NCBI RefSeq assembly: GCF_006345805.1
Contig: NC_042998.1
Coordinates: 127,782,001-127,846,000 of the forward strand
Length of the DNA: 64,000 bases
From: Octopus sinensis
Taxonomy: Eukaryota
Direction: 5' to 3'
Below, piece after piece: positions 23,146 to 37,997 of the stretch. Both the position numbers and the translations under genes were made by a program. The notes beneath the pieces were generated by a model. The model searched no databases. It saw only the letters and a program-made list of their open reading frames with translations, and was not told the origin of the DNA. How positions within the stretch are numbered: the first letter of the stretch is position 1; each line of letters opens with the position of its first letter.

Positions 23146-26100
23146 AGTGTAACAATTCTTTTGTGAGTTAGTTTAAAGACAGAATTAGATATGCTACTTA
23201 AATTTTACTAAATAAACTTCACAGATTTCAACGAAATAATTTCATAGTGCCTCTAACAATTCCCAAGAAAGCTCTCTGTGGGAAATGAACTTGTAGTCGC
23301 ATTATCCTTCTCAGAGACTATAAACAGAATGATTATATGTTAAAATCCTGTCAGGAAATTTAATCAAATTGACACATCCTTTCGGGAGATATTACAAATG
23401 CCTTCCGTGGACTCAGTCATAGAATTGAGTGTCCGTTGCCGCTTGTTATTCGGGAAGAATCACTCATGACTAGTAATTATTTTAGAAAATACAGATGTAA
23501 TACACATTCAAACAACATAAAAACTGTACATAGAAACACACATATACACAGAAACACACATCTGTCTATCTGTCTATTTATAGTGTGTGGAAAGTATTAA
23601 ATTTCAATTGCATGTCTGACGATATTTTCCACCATGGACGATTTTCAGTATATATTGCAGTTTGGTAAACCAATCATATTGCTAATTTACCTACTTTAAT
23701 CTAATACATAAATGATTAATATGTATTTTGAAATATTAGTCACTTTCAAAGTAGTCAGCTTTTCACCTCTAATGCACTTACTTTTCAGAAAAATATGCTC
23801 ATAACACAAATATTCCTGACGTTAATGAGAGGTTACAATCAGAATATATACTCCGACCAGAAAAGAAATAGTCAGAAGCATCAGATGAAATTATTCATTT
23901 CACTTTCCTATGACAGACTTTTCAATATTGTCCATTTTTTCTAGTGATCAGAGGTCAAACAGAAAATTTTTATTTTATGAGTGTTATAAAGACTTCGAAC
24001 GATGATGGCAATAAGCAAATCGATTAATTTTCCTACTGGATATCTATAAAATATCCGAAACAAAGAAAAATATTTCAGGGCCCCAGTACCATTGTCCTAT
24101 GATTTCGGATTGCGATATTTATTGATAAAAAACACTGCAAACAGAAGCGTAATTTCAACGGCATATCTAAGAAATTGTACATCTGATACTCTAACCAAAA
24201 TAAAAATGCAGACCGTATTATCGCAATGTACCGTATGTAAAGAGTACCAATATCATAGCATATCAAAAAAGTGTAATGAACAAAGTTATTCTGAAATATA
24301 TGAAGATGGCATTTTAATGCGGGCTTTTAATTAATGGTTTACATTTTCACTATCCATAAACAATAAATGCTCGCCACTGATGAAATTCAAGCTTTGTGGG
24401 GCCAGAATTACATCTCCTCGATTAATTTCATGTTATGAAATGTATATAGCCAAAGCTACACGTACCTATTTATAAAATTAATTTCTTCTACAACATTCAG
24501 CCTGCAAGGTATATTTTTGCTGTCAGGAATCACATTATTGCAGTCTGAACGTGAATTTCTCCATGATTAATGATCTCATCCATCCTGTTGAATCCAGAAC
24601 CTACTTCAATAAGGAATCTTGTGACGAATGTTTAAATATGAATATTACTTTATAAACGACACCATTTAATGCTATAAGACACGGTTGAAAAAATCTCACG
24701 CACAGACAGACCTTTTTTGCAAACCCGAGTGATAGCCGAATAAAAGTTCCTTGCAAACATCAACAAAACATTGCACTTGATATTTATTTCTCTAAAGGGA
24801 AATAGAATACTTTTGATACGACTAGATAAACAAGAGCTTATTTTATCGTTTTCAATCGTATATAAAAAGAAAAGTTACTTGGAATTTGCAAACAGGTCTG
24901 GTTTCGGTTTACTTAAAATATTTTTCCATCGCACAGACATTTCTCAAGTACAAAATTGGCAGCGAAAAGGGGATGAATGAAGGTTATACCTTTGAGTGGC
25001 ATGGATTATATAAGAGAACTATAGACATGCCTGTGTATATATGTATATATGATTAAAAAATATATGATATAGTTTACCTGGAGCTATTGTATTGACCAAA
25101 ACTATAATATTATATCAAGGATTATGCGGTGACACACAGTAAAGGTCATGGTGTATGACGGATTTGCTCTGGATTGTATTTATTCTTAAACAAAAAGTAC
25201 TTTCAGACATGATATTAAAGACTGGTTGTGAGATATAAATCTAGAATAATCGTTGCTAAATATTACCATTGTTTTAGCTTTAATTTTATACAGGTATAAG
25301 ATATATATCACCTGGTTAATTTCGGATGATTCATTTCAATATCTCGTTCATTTTATAGGTAACCTGTGCGTTGTTAGCGTATCATATGTATATATAATTT
25401 GCATTTTATTTATACACTGTTTGGATAGAACAATCAGATGTCATCTTTATATCATTCCTGTACATTTTGTACATTGTTTAGACAGAGTTTTGTAATCAGT
25501 TGTACATTGTTTAAATATTGTTAGGCTTTCATCTTCACAGCATTTGAAAAACGTATCGAAATTGCTTGGCTGTGTGTCACATATTACTTGTATACTATTT
25601 GTATATAATTTATATATGTTGATATTAGTATGGATGCCAATCATAAGGCCTAACATGAATGTCTACATTGAGAAGACAGAATTCACGTAAGCTAAAATCA
25701 GAGAAACATTCGTTTGGAAGTCCGAATACTCAGAACACCGAATTTTGAAATATTTTTATGGGGGTCAAAACGGTCTTATAAGTCATGTATTTGCCATTTT
25801 AAAAAGAGGTTTAATATAACATATATTTTTATTATGCTTCGTCAGTGTAACAAAGATAGGTGTGATATAATAATAGTTTAATTTAAGGATAGGATATCCA
25901 AGATCTAAGTAAAAACTGGAATAGATTATTAATTACTTCCTTTATATAAATTGTTTCATTATTGAATATTTTCTTCTTTTTTTCTAATATAAACATAAAA
26001 CAATCAAACAATTGAAAGGCTGGATTTTAAATATATTGGCAATGGGAGATATGAAAGCGTAAGGAGTGCATCAAAACTAATGGGGTTTTTTATGTTTATG

Positions 26101-26851
26101 TATGTATTGAAAGAAAAGAAGTAAAATACTTAATACTGAAAGAATTTAAACAATATTTATTAAAGAACGAAGTGTTCCATTAAAAACCTGCTTACGTTTT
26201 CGCTTGCCTTCAACATCGCATCCCAACAATACATTTTTGAGTAATTATTTTGGTGTAAGCAAATGTTCTCACTATACCTGGCTTTCCTTTGTTATTTGGT
26301 TGTTGTATGTTTCACAAATAAACTCCGTTTTAAAACAAGATACATGCATTTAAGAGTGTTTCTCTTTCTAAAATGCTTATTCTGCTGTTGCATAACAGAA
26401 CAGTAAATATGTTACAATATGACCCTCAATAAACTAGCTTTTAAAACTGTAAATAAGTGTTTTTTTTAACTATTTCCCTAAAATGTATATTTCACCAAAA
26501 ATATCAACATTCGGTGTTATAAGAATTCGGTCTCTCAAGTTTTCCGTACGTGGTTTATACTTCATATAAATTCAGCCTTCTCATGTCCGGCCATTTTACG
26601 TTCAGACTTATGACCCAAACTCTATTCGTATATCGTCTAACTACAGCTGTGATTGTATCAGAATATCCATTTGAACAGTAACATAGTTAATTGGAACCAA
26701 TCACCGTTTGTTTGCATCACAATGCTGGCATTACGAATAACTATATCATATGCATGCATGCACACACACGCACACCTGAGTGTTTGTGTGTGTTTGTATG
26801 TAATATGCATATAAATATACATATATGTATATATATATATAAATATATATA

Positions 26852-26890
<39 letters not shown>

Positions 26891-27683
26891 TACATATACG
26901 TGCAAACATATATATATATATATATGCATGTATATGTGTGTAAGTATGTGTGTGCATGCGTGTGCGTGTGTGTCTGAGTGTGTGTGCGTATATGTATGTT
27001 TGTAGAATCCGTATTTTTTTCACGGTTATTTAAGTTACACGAAATAATAATTTGTAATTGATTTATGGAAAAAATTTATTTTATGCATTCTTGATAGTCG
27101 AAAGCCAAAGTCTCATAAATCGTTTATGTTTATATCTGTTCTTTCTTAATGTCTTTTCTTTTCTTTTTGTCATATTTAAATTATATTCCACGAGATACCA
27201 AACTAATATATGTTGAGTAGTCATCTATAGAATTTATTTTATTGAAATGCAAGAAAATTCTGGTGATATGACACAGAAAACAAAGATGAGAAGATTATAC
27301 AAGTAAAGAACAAATAAGCGGTGAAGTGAAAACGAAGTGGAGGCGGATGAAGGAAGGTGACAGACGTTATCTGGTGAAGTCCTAAAGAATTATGAATATT
27401 TTAAACTTGATACGTTTTAGAGCATCGGCTGTGACGTCAAAGCTGCATAATTTTTACTTTAAGCAATTAAGGACCATCTAGTCCTTGCGTGGTGCGTAAT
27501 GGTCTTGTTTTGTTTTTTGTGATGTTGAGATAGATAAACGATTAATATTTCATTTTCACCAATGTATGCCTCTCTAAAAGTCGAAAACTTTCGTAATATA
27601 TATACACATTCAAGCACATACTCATGTAGTAATACAAATATATATTCACACGTATATATACATGAATATATATATATATTGTG

Positions 27684-27754
<71 letters not shown>

Positions 27755-27759
27755 GTATG

Positions 27760-27792
<33 letters not shown>

Positions 27793-30700
27793 GTGTGTAC
27801 GCGTTTGCATATACATATATGTATAAACACGTGTATATATGTATGTATGTGCGTGTTTGTATGTATATAAAACTCTAAAATGTATATTGAGTACTACATT
27901 CTATTTCCGTTCATTAAGTGTAACATTTGGAGGTATATATGCTTGTATATGTGTATGAATGCATATATGCACATACACATATGCAAAATATACTTACATA
28001 TACTTCAAAATTGAATATAGACACGCTTATGTAGTATCATTGGTATTGATGTTGTTTCTGTTGTTATTTTATTTGTTGTTACTGCTATTATTTTTTAAAA
28101 AATGAAGTTGAAGATGAAAATATTCAGAATACTTAAGTACAATATATTTTTATATAAAATATATTTATATTAATTTTATTAGAAGAAATATATTTCGTAC
28201 TGTAAAAAGATAATAATCACAAACAATATTTAATATCTTTAGGATATTGTGGTTTACTTAAACATACGTCAAATATTTGATGGAAAGAGGTTTTGTGAAT
28301 CAAAATGACTTCAGTACATAACAAGTTTCTTTTTTATCGAACTTCAATCATGAAATTGTCGACTTCGGTAGAATTTTAGTTTGAAGCCATTGCTATGCGC
28401 CATTTTAACGCTTTATTCCGAGAAGTAATATCTGATGTAAAAACAGAATTAAAACAAACTACATATGAGCTACCAAGAAATCCTTTATGTATCCATCCGA
28501 CGAGCAAGAATTCGTCGCCAAAGCTTTCTCAGCCTACAGCCTAGTGTCTAAAATGTAAGGAAGCAAAATATTGTAGTTGCCACGGCTTGATCGTGAATCT
28601 TAGTTAACCTGAGAATAAGTAACAATAACATGTACTGATCCAGAAACAAGACGTGATATTTTACTTCTATTTGCTCATATTTTTATTGGCCTTCACTTAG
28701 TTTTGTATATCTGCACAACAAACTTCTGTTTCAAAATTGTGAATTCATATTTACAATTCATGTCGACAGTTCAAATAAAATACAGCGAACATGACACATT
28801 AGCCATTCTTTTGTAGTTTGTTTTAGGTTTCAATGTAGTCACGAGCAGAGATAGATATTCTCTCGGTCTCCCACATATCATCCATAAAAAAAAACTGAGG
28901 ATATGACAGCGGGAATAAATTAGAGCTTCCTTAGCTCTAGATCTGTAGCAATTTCAGATGAGAAGATTGGAACAACATAAAATAAGTGCCTTGCTCATGG
29001 ACACCACACCTAGCATGATCCAGGGACAGAATGTACGCCCATATAATCCCGATTCCAACACTCTAATCACTAGATCATGAAGCTTCACTACGGTTGGTTT
29101 ATTTTTCAGAAAAATGATGTCATTTTTTATTTCAATTGGAAGGATTATAGCTTATTATGAAATATATATCAGAATGTTTTCAAAATGAGATGAAAATCTT
29201 AGAAATATGTCAATGCGCTCAGGACTAGCGAGACAGAAAAAATTGTAAAGGCTGGACCAGCTATAAATATCAGTGAAATGTCCTTAAAAGATCATACCTA
29301 TCTCAAAATAAGAATAGATTCGATAACTTCGTGCAGGGTAAACTCTACTTTAAAAAAGAGGAATATAGTCGGTTTAGGACTTCTATCATAGATTACCTCG
29401 ATCAAGCCTTACAAGGTCCTAAGCAACAACAAAATAACTACTAGGAGATATAACATTCGAATTTCAGCTATAACTGCAATAGAGAGAAAACAAAAGCATG
29501 AATATATGGGAATGCAATGAATTCAAACACGATGCTACTTTTATTGGGTATATGTATAAAATTGTTAATATATTTTTAATCTTGTAGAGGTAAATATATC
29601 GAAATGTAAGCGTTTGATTTCAGCTAATTAGTCCCTTTAAATACCCTTCCATACTTGTTTTTTTTATAACAAAACGGAAGTATCTTGTTTAAAAATATAT
29701 AGATACATATATAGATAAACTATCAAAACAAATACAATCTCAATTAAATTTTATGTCAGTATGTATGTGTACGTGTTTGACTATAAACACAAATATATAT
29801 GCTTTTAGATGTGTGTGTGTGTCTATTATATTATACTATGTTATATTATATTACTACACGCACAGTACATTTATTGAAATAGCACTCAATCCTTGCGAAA
29901 AAGTCGAGTTGTCGAGTTGATATTTATTAGAATCTAGTCAGTGGTTTACTCTCTCTTTTCACAGAGGGACACAGAAGGATGTGTACTTGAGATTCTTCAG
30001 AGAATATTTTGAGATGAGAAATAAAGAAAATTTTATCCGTAAAGGCAACGGTGGGCTAAATTGTCAATACTGGCCACGTGATCAAACTCGCAGTTTTCAG
30101 AATTATTTCTCTTGTTCTACAATGTATTGGAAAGATAGGCAACTCACGGTTGTTATCTTCAAAAGCATTTATTTTTCCAGATTGATTGGAAGATATTTAG
30201 AACTGTTTTGTTCGGATGATTAGTATGAATTTGTCTGAGATTCAGGCCCCTATGGATTTTGGGCGTTACAATGACGTCCAAGCATACATTATGATCAGTG
30301 ATTGTGGTGAATTTTCTTACAAAATCGAGGGATTTTGACGATGTAGACAAAGAAAGACAAAATCCCACAATATTGAATTGTACGCTAAAAGTCTCGTTAT
30401 CTATGGCATAAACCACTCGCTAACGACAGCATTGCATGTCCATTACTCTAGTATCATTATGATCTTAATTTTAAGGTTGATAATAAGAATCTTCTTGCTA
30501 ACAATTCCCATTTCCCTGCAACTATGTTTAGCCTCCAACTTTTAATGAGAATGCTAACCTCTTTGCCTCGCATTTGTGGTACAGAATGTTGTATTCCATT
30601 TTGTTTGTTTCGATTTTTGTTTAAGAAGTTAGTATGTGTGGTTGTGTTTAATTCACATTTATTCCTTATTTTGTCTGCAAGTATATGTATATATGTTGGG

Positions 30701-31559
30701 AGATCGTCTAAATATTTTCATGTGGTTATTTGAGGTTAAAATTTTTCTTTCAAGAGCAACTCTGGCTATCGTTTACATCTAAAATATCAGATGGAACACA
30801 TTCCTCATCTGTGTGTCTGCGTCAAACTAAGTAACAATGTGTGAACCTCTGATTGGTTCCTCTGAATGGTTTCCGAAGTGTGTAATAAAAGTGTGTGCGT
30901 GCACGAATTGCCTATGAGTGTGAGTGGCCACAAATGCGAACTTAACATGAGGCATTTTATTTATAACTGCCGCATGAGATGTGAACCACAAACAGCGCGG
31001 TAATCTATGTGTACATATGTGCATATACGCACATATTAATGCATATAAGCATCGACGACAGCATGTATTTACTTTTGCATGCGATTTTAGGATGAAAGTA
31101 AATCCTCTGAGATTCAGGAAAAACTCCTTCCATTTACATTCTCAAATAAATATGATAAATAAATATCTAAATGAATAAATAAATATAATTAATAAATAAA
31201 TGTAAAAAAATAAATAAATAAAAATAGCTAAATGAAAACAAAATTTAAATTATCAAAATAGACTACAAAATATTTTAAATATAGCCGTAGTTATTGTCTG
31301 AGGCAATTTTTCGTGCTTTGTTACTCATTATGACCGATTCTGATAGCCTTAATTCATTTCCATATCCAGTAGACATCCTATTGCTGAAATCTGATCAACT
31401 GACAGGGTTATTTTTGATCTAATGATGCTAGATTCATAGGAAATAATTAGATTTCTAATCTAACGAAGGGTTAAATTAACGAATATCTAATTCATTGCTA
31501 GATATTGTTATGTTTCACAAGAACTTTGTTTTCTTCGCAATATCTCTTGTTATCATTGT

Positions 31560-31591
<32 letters not shown>

Positions 31592-31659
31592 TAGTAGTAG
31601 TAGTAGTAGTAGTAGTAGTTACATATGAAGACCTACGGGCAGCAACGGAAGACTGTCGA

Positions 31660-32480
31660 ATTAGATTCCCATCCTTGTTCGGTTACATCCAATTACTTTC
31701 TGAATTTAAATTCCGCCGCGATTTAATTTGTCTTTCATCCTTCCAGATCGATAAAATATTATTCCACTCAAGAACCGGGGTCATTTTACGTAGCTATACT
31801 ATCTCCTCAAAGTGTGTTCTTGTGCAGCTTTCGCACAATTATTATTATTATCATCATCATCATTAGTTGCAACTTGGTAAAATCGTTACAGTACTGAACA
31901 CAATTCTTTGCAGTTTTTCTTTTGGCTTTATATATTTTGAGTTCAGTCCCCACCGTGGCTGTCGTTATCTTTCATACCTCCAAGAGTGATAATATAAAAT
32001 AGCATTCAAGTACTGAAGATCAATATAATCGGCCAATCTTCTACCCACTAACACCAAAGCACTCATTTCATTTCGTATCGCTTATTGCAATTATTGAACT
32101 GCTAGAAATGTTATATCGTCAGAGATGCCCTCCAATATTTCTCCAGACTAAATGCTTAGCGGCATTTCATCCGTATTTAAGTTCTGAGTTCAAATTCCAC
32201 CAAAGTCGACTTTGCCTCTCATCCTTTCAGGGTCGATACAATGAGTACCAATTGAGCACTGGAGTCGCTGTAATCGACTTACTCCCTCTCCTGAACTTTC
32301 TGGCCTTGTTAAAATTTGAAGATAATATTTCTCCTGACTCTTCATCTTCTGAGTTCAAATCCTGCCAAGGTCAACCTTACTCTTCATCCTTCAAGAACGA
32401 TAAAATAAAGTACCAAAAACTTGGGTCAATAGCATCAACTAATTCCTCCACTACAAAACTGATGGCATTTCGTTTTAAAC
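31660..32480 (+). mobile_element. Cluster of ~4 degenerate copies of the dominant SINE, some ending in (TAT)n
   Basis: Recurrent CTGAGTTCAAATT...TTTCATCC...GATAAAAT...AGTACC blocks at ~31700, 31930, 32180 and 32350. Confidence 0.7.
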
Positions 32481-32481
32481 C

Positions 32482-32520
<39 letters not shown>

Positions 32521-32542
32521 TATTATTATTATTATTATTATT

Positions 32543-32764
32543 TAGGTTTGGCTTAGGTTCGGTCTTACTGTTTGTAGGATTTATGTGGGTAGCGGATACT
32601 ACCGTAACCTTAAGTATCCACAAGTTTTCAGCAGTCTTTCAAGTGCTCAGATCCCTCATATTAACCCTTGCCTTCCCTAAGAGACATACTTCCTGTAGGA
32701 GCTCCATCGGGCATTCGTTTCAATCATCTTCAGTCATTTGTCTATATCTTTGCTTACTGTTCCC
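32543..32764 (-). mobile_element. 3' end of an RLE-type (Dong/R4-like) non-LTR retrotransposon, copy 1
   Basis: The minus strand reads GTVSKDIDK*LKMI / CPMELLQEVCLLGKARVNMRDLST*, then a short 3' UTR and (TAA)n. Confidence 0.6.
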
Positions 32765-32785
32765 ATATCATCATCATCATCATCA

Positions 32786-32833
<48 letters not shown>

Positions 32834-32846
32834 TATTATTATTATT

Positions 32847-33232
32847 TTATATTTGACTTGTGCTTTACATTTGTACAAGTTGGAAGTTCATGTTGGTATT
32901 ATACCTAGGGTGCCATATATTTGGTTTTGTACATAGTGTTGTTCTAGAGAATATTTAAGAAACCATAAGAAAATTATGTTTGTTTTAAAACTTGAGATTA
33001 CATAGAAAGTATTTTGCGTAGGATATGAGCAGTTCCTATGAGCACTATCTTTTGAATTTCTGCCATTTTGGGGTGGTTTCCTGGTATCTGAGCTAGGTAG
33101 CAATCAGCCCCTTTTGCTATCATTCCCTGGGCACCTATGCCAACAGGTATTGTTTTAGTCTTCAGGTTCCACATTTTGCTAATTTCTATTTCAAGATATT
33201 TATATTTGCTCAGTTTTTGGTAGGTCTTGACA

Positions 33233-33233
<1 letters not shown>
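32847..33233 (-). mobile_element. 3' end of an RLE-type (Dong/R4-like) non-LTR retrotransposon, copy 2
   Basis: The minus frame 33232->32998 reads KTYQKLSKYKYLEIEISKMWNLKTKTIPVGIGAQGMIAKGADCYLAQIPGNHPKMAEIQKIVLIGTAHILRKILSM* (K..KY..L...W...P...G..G...Q...L.GTA.ILR pattern). (TAA)n lies on both sides. Confidence 0.8.
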
Positions 33234-33298
<65 letters not shown>

Positions 33299-33302
33299 CG
33301 AG

Positions 33303-33600
33303 GATGCATGGCCTATTGGTTAGGGTGTTGCACGCACGATCACGTGATGATGGTTTCAATTCCGAGACTGGGTGGTACGTTATGTTCTTGACCAAAACAC
33401 TTCATCTCAAAAAGTTGCTCTGCGATCACTGCGACATCTGACGTGTGGTACAGTGGGCACCCGTTCAGGCAACATCGATTTGATGAAGGGAGTGGGCTAA
33501 TTTACAGCGCATATATCTGGTCACTATAAGCAAATGATTTGTGCAGGTCATTCGGCAAAGGCTGAAAAACTCATATGTCGTCTTCGCCTGGAGAGTCCGT
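33303..33600 (+). mobile_element. tRNA-derived SINE, third family
   Basis: Head GGCCTATTGGTTAGGGTGTTG...GGTTTCAATTCC and core TTGACCAAAACACTT. The tail is similar to the fragment at ~3490-3560. Confidence 0.65.
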
Positions 33601-33823
33601 CATTATTTGAATCTTACTTCTCAGAGCTCTCGGTCTTACTTGCTTTGGTTGATTCTGTGAGAGCGAACAGCAGTTTGTTGCCTGAGGTATCACAGGGTCT
33701 CTTTCCGCAAACTATAAGCTTTCGTATTTGGATGTTAACTACGTGGAAGACTCCCAAAACCCAACCACTAATTTCAAAATCCTAGCTGTCCCTAATAGAA
33801 CAACAAAAACAACAACAACAACA

Positions 33824-33896
<73 letters not shown>

Positions 33897-34079
33897 TCAC
33901 TACTACTACTACTACTACTCTTGTTATTAGTGTTATTGTTATTTCTCTGACGACACTTATGATGATTCACCTCCCTTTACATTCTCAACGGATATTCTTT
34001 CGGGATCCGCTATGACCTTCAGATTTCTTGAAACGATAAAATAGTAACTATAATATCTGCAAATAATGTAGGCATGTGT

Positions 34080-34456
34080 GGAAAGGTGCCAATGTAAAAA
34101 TGATTCAGCGATGAACTAAGGTTTAGCCGTTTATATTCAGAGTCCATATCTGATCGAGATCACCTTTGCCTTTCGATGAAATATAGTACCAATCAAGTCC
34201 TGAGACAATTTAATCCAGCTTTCTGCCTATATAAGATATTTGTAAAAGACCGATGAACTGTCACAATCGTTCTCTTTGGCTCATTATGTTTTGAGTTCAA
34301 ATCCTGGAGAGAGAAACCTTGCTTTTCATGTGGAGGTCGATACAAAATATTGCCAGTGAAACACTGAATCACTGGTCGATGTAATAGACCGGTTAATGTG
34401 ATAGACTGAATTATTCCCCCTCTGGACTAATGTTTAAATTAGAAACAATTATTATG

Positions 34457-34517
<61 letters not shown>

Positions 34518-34740
34518 CATTATTATTACTATAAATTGGCTCTTGCTTGACGGAATGAATACATAGATGAACATGTTTTGCTATATTAAGTTAAATTCTG
34601 AGTTCAAATTCCATCGATGTCAACTTTGCTTTTCCTCCTGTATGGCTCGATAAAATAAGTACCTGTTGAGCACAGAGGTCAATAATATTAACAAAACCCC
34701 TCTCCTCAAAATTTCTGGCTTTGTGCCTATATCAGAGACC
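34080..34740 (+). mobile_element. Three degenerate SINE copies, interspersed with (TAT)n
   Basis: GAGTTCAAAT B-boxes at ~34293 and ~34600, plus a more decayed copy at ~34140. Confidence 0.6.
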
Positions 34741-34777
34741 ATTATTATTATTATTATCATCATTATTGTTATCATTA

Positions 34778-34834
<57 letters not shown>

Positions 34835-34879
34835 CATCATTTTTATTATTATCATTATTATGATTATTATTATTAATGC

Positions 34880-34937
<58 letters not shown>

Positions 34938-35470
34938 TGATGATGATTATAATGCTGTGAACGACGCTCGAGTAGATTTTATAACAAGCAACAATATGTC
35001 ACGACCTTTTAATGATTTGAATTTTAATCTAGTTTGCTTTTCATCTTTACGTACCAGGCATGTGCTGGGACTGATGTTAATCAATTATACTGTTACCTTA
35101 CAAATTGTGAATGCCTTCATTGTACCAATGTAAGAATTTCTTATTTTTATGCCATGGATAATATTATTGTTATCGTTGTTAATAGTTTTGTTTTTGTTGT
35201 TATCTTCAATAATTCCTATATTTTAAATTAGCTCACATTAACCAGAAATGTACATATTTAAGTCATACAGTTTCAAAGATTGCATCATATTTTGAATAGT
35301 GACATTTTTAATACAAATAAAAATCTATGAATTATTGATTGCATATTACTGCTAAAATGTTAATCTCTTTTAATTTCCTTAAGCATCATTTCGAAATAAA
35401 CATTCTGTTATTGTAATAACCATTCCGTTTGCAGGCCAACGACATGTGAGTCAGCAACTCACATATATAC

Positions 35471-35514
<44 letters not shown>

Positions 35515-35630
35515 CGGGAAGCTTTATGAAAATAGACAAAAGACGAAGGCAGGTGGAAAACGGACAATATACACACACGTATATGTACGTATGTATGTAT
35601 GTATGTATTCATATATATACATATATACAT

Positions 35631-35718
<88 letters not shown>

Positions 35719-36515
35719 CATAGAACGTATTTCATCTGTAAATCTTGTATAACAAGTTGTAGTTTATCAGAACACAGAAACACCTAAAGCAGTTTGGAGA
35801 AGCAGCATATTAATTTTGTTTTCTAAAACTGTGACTAATTATTTTATACTTGTTCATTTACTACGGTAGAACAGTATATATTTTTGCTTGCCAAGGATCA
35901 GGCAATGCAGGATTGTTTTGAGTATATTTTTTTTTACTATATTTGCAATCATATACTGATGCTACTAATACCCAAGAGCAAAAAAAAACCATGCACACCA
36001 ATTACACTTTCAGCTAACAACACTAATAGAATTATGATAGTTTATCTGTATAATCATGAAAGGTCAAGCAAATGAGTATGCTTATCAGACTTGCATTGGA
36101 GAGGGACAAAAAATAACCATCCTTTATCATACAAAGTAAATTGCTGGGGAAAACAATATAAATTATCACAACCAGTGTAAGTATGGAATCGCAAAGGAAG
36201 AATAAAAAAGAAACAGGGGTAAAATCAAGATGTACTAACTGATTGTGAAAACATGTTGGGAATAACAATAGATTGGTGATTTGAGTGGGCACACACGCAC
36301 ACACACACACACATACACATACACACACAAGCACAGATATTTGCACACACATGTACGCAGGTAAGTATGACTGTGTGTCTTTCATTAGTTTTAAAGTGAT
36401 AACGTAAGTTCTTGCAACATTGTTCAGCCTATTTTAACTGGATCTCCAGTTTGTATATACACACACACGCAAACATACACAGACATTGGAACATACATAT
36501 ATATGTATATGAGTG

Positions 36516-36554
<39 letters not shown>

Positions 36555-36712
36555 TATATAATTAGGGCTTAGTAAAATAAAATAAATTACTTTGCCAGAA
36601 CACTTGGTGAAATTGATTAATTAATTTTACCCTCAATTGTTGATATATATATGTATATATATATATATGTCTGTGTGTGTGTGTGTGTGTATACATATAT
36701 ATATTTTAGAGA

Positions 36713-36955
36713 TACCTGACAGCAGTTCTGGGACTGACATCAGTGTGTTCTGCTATGTCAGAGGCATTGCAACGAGGATTATCCTCTACGATTCTCTTAA
36801 CAAAGAGAAAGGTCCTGTCAGCGGGCTCTGGTCAACATGGGAGAGATGATGTGAACTCCTTCCCCTCTCTTGTGAATTGCACAATCATTCTATTAACTGT
36901 AGATAACAGGATCGCGAGGTTTTCTGCAATTTTACGCCATGTCCATCTTCAGTTT
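36713..36955 (-). pseudogene. Tc1-family transposase N-terminal HTH fragment
   Basis: The minus frame reads WTWRKIAENLAILLSTVNRMIVQFTREGKEFTSSLPC*PEPADRTFLFVKRIVEDNPRCNASDIAEHTDVSPRTAVRYL. It is not in the ORF track. Confidence 0.75.
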
Positions 36956-37473
36956 AACCAGTGGCAGGCCTAATTTTGGGGTTCGCAGTTAGCTCTTTCT
37001 CCCTTTGAAAGGATACCACTTTTGTATATGTATATTAACAACTGAGAATACATTTGAAAATCTTACAACTATGCACTTGAACTTTACGCTTCTTGATCTC
37101 AAGCAGTCTCTCATGGGACTTTTAGATAACGATGCTAAATGTATCATATTAGAGTTAGACAATAATTCTACTCTATTTGCTAACCGAGACTACACATGTC
37201 GAGTAAATGCAGTATTAGAGGATAGTTTAAGTATACTGGACAATGTAGCTGCTACATAAACGAAAAATGCTATATGTTTCAATAAGTAATATTGAATCAG
37301 CTACAACTACAGATTCGATGGTATACAAGTTCTCTCTACATTTTGCATTATTCCTGCAACAGACTCTGTTGCTCATCATACGATCTTCGATGTGATAACC
37401 AAGGGGAAAACAGCAGAGCACAATCAATGCCACTTCTAAGTCCTCAATACGCCTAGGGTTACATCTGCTTCAT

Positions 37474-37519
<46 letters not shown>

Positions 37520-37610
37520 ACACACACACACAAACACACATACACACACACACAAACACACACACACACACACACATATCTATCTATATATATATATATA
37601 TATATAATAT

Positions 37611-37976
37611 GAGGGAATATTATTCCAAACTTACAGGGAAAAATTCAATTTAGAAATACTAAATCAAATTTCACAAAATATAGTATAATATATATATTAG
37701 AAAAAAACCCCAACATTTTATCAATTCAATGATGAAAAATTAAATTATACCATTAAGAAAAATTAAATATTATAGAAAGATTAAAATATAAGATAAAACA
37801 TATAACAATGAATAAGTAATGTGCAAGTTCTATTTATTATTTTGCACATTACTTAATCATTGTTATATGTTTTATCTTATATTTTAATCTTTCTATAATA
37901 TGTAAGTTTTCTTAATGGCATAATTTAATTTTTCATTATTTAATTGATAAAAGGTGTTTTTTTCTGATTTATATAT
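37611..37976. repeat. Fold-back element: unpaired head plus ~135-bp arms (37691-37826 / 37842-37976, ~90%), 15-nt loop
   Basis: ...AGATAAAACATATAACAATGAATAAGTAATGTGCAA | TTGCACATTACTTAATCATTGTTATATGTTTTATCT... The head contains CCAAACTTACAGGGAAAAATTCAATTTAG. Confidence 0.9.
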
Positions 37977-37997
37977 GTATATATATATATATATATA

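Noticed and set aside
28380-28544. 55-codon open frame (FEAIAMRHF...SQPTA*) after TTTTAG as a distal GPCR C-terminal exon
   Set aside because: The polypyrimidine tract is weak, the phase is incompatible with the donor at 21980 for this frame, and there is no homology.
30020-30330. Possible I/Jockey-like RT remnant on the minus strand (VLNIFQSIWKNKCF...)
   Set aside because: The similarity is limited to a few residues among many stops and cannot be supported without a search.
22240-31500. Further host exons downstream of the receptor
   Set aside because: AT-rich unique and microsatellite sequence with only short ORFs and no recognisable protein motif. It may be 3' UTR, intron or intergenic.
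37005-37259. 84-aa ORF with a faint PLE-like pattern (IILELDNNSTLFANRDY...VLED)
   Set aside because: Too weak to call; no core RT motif follows.
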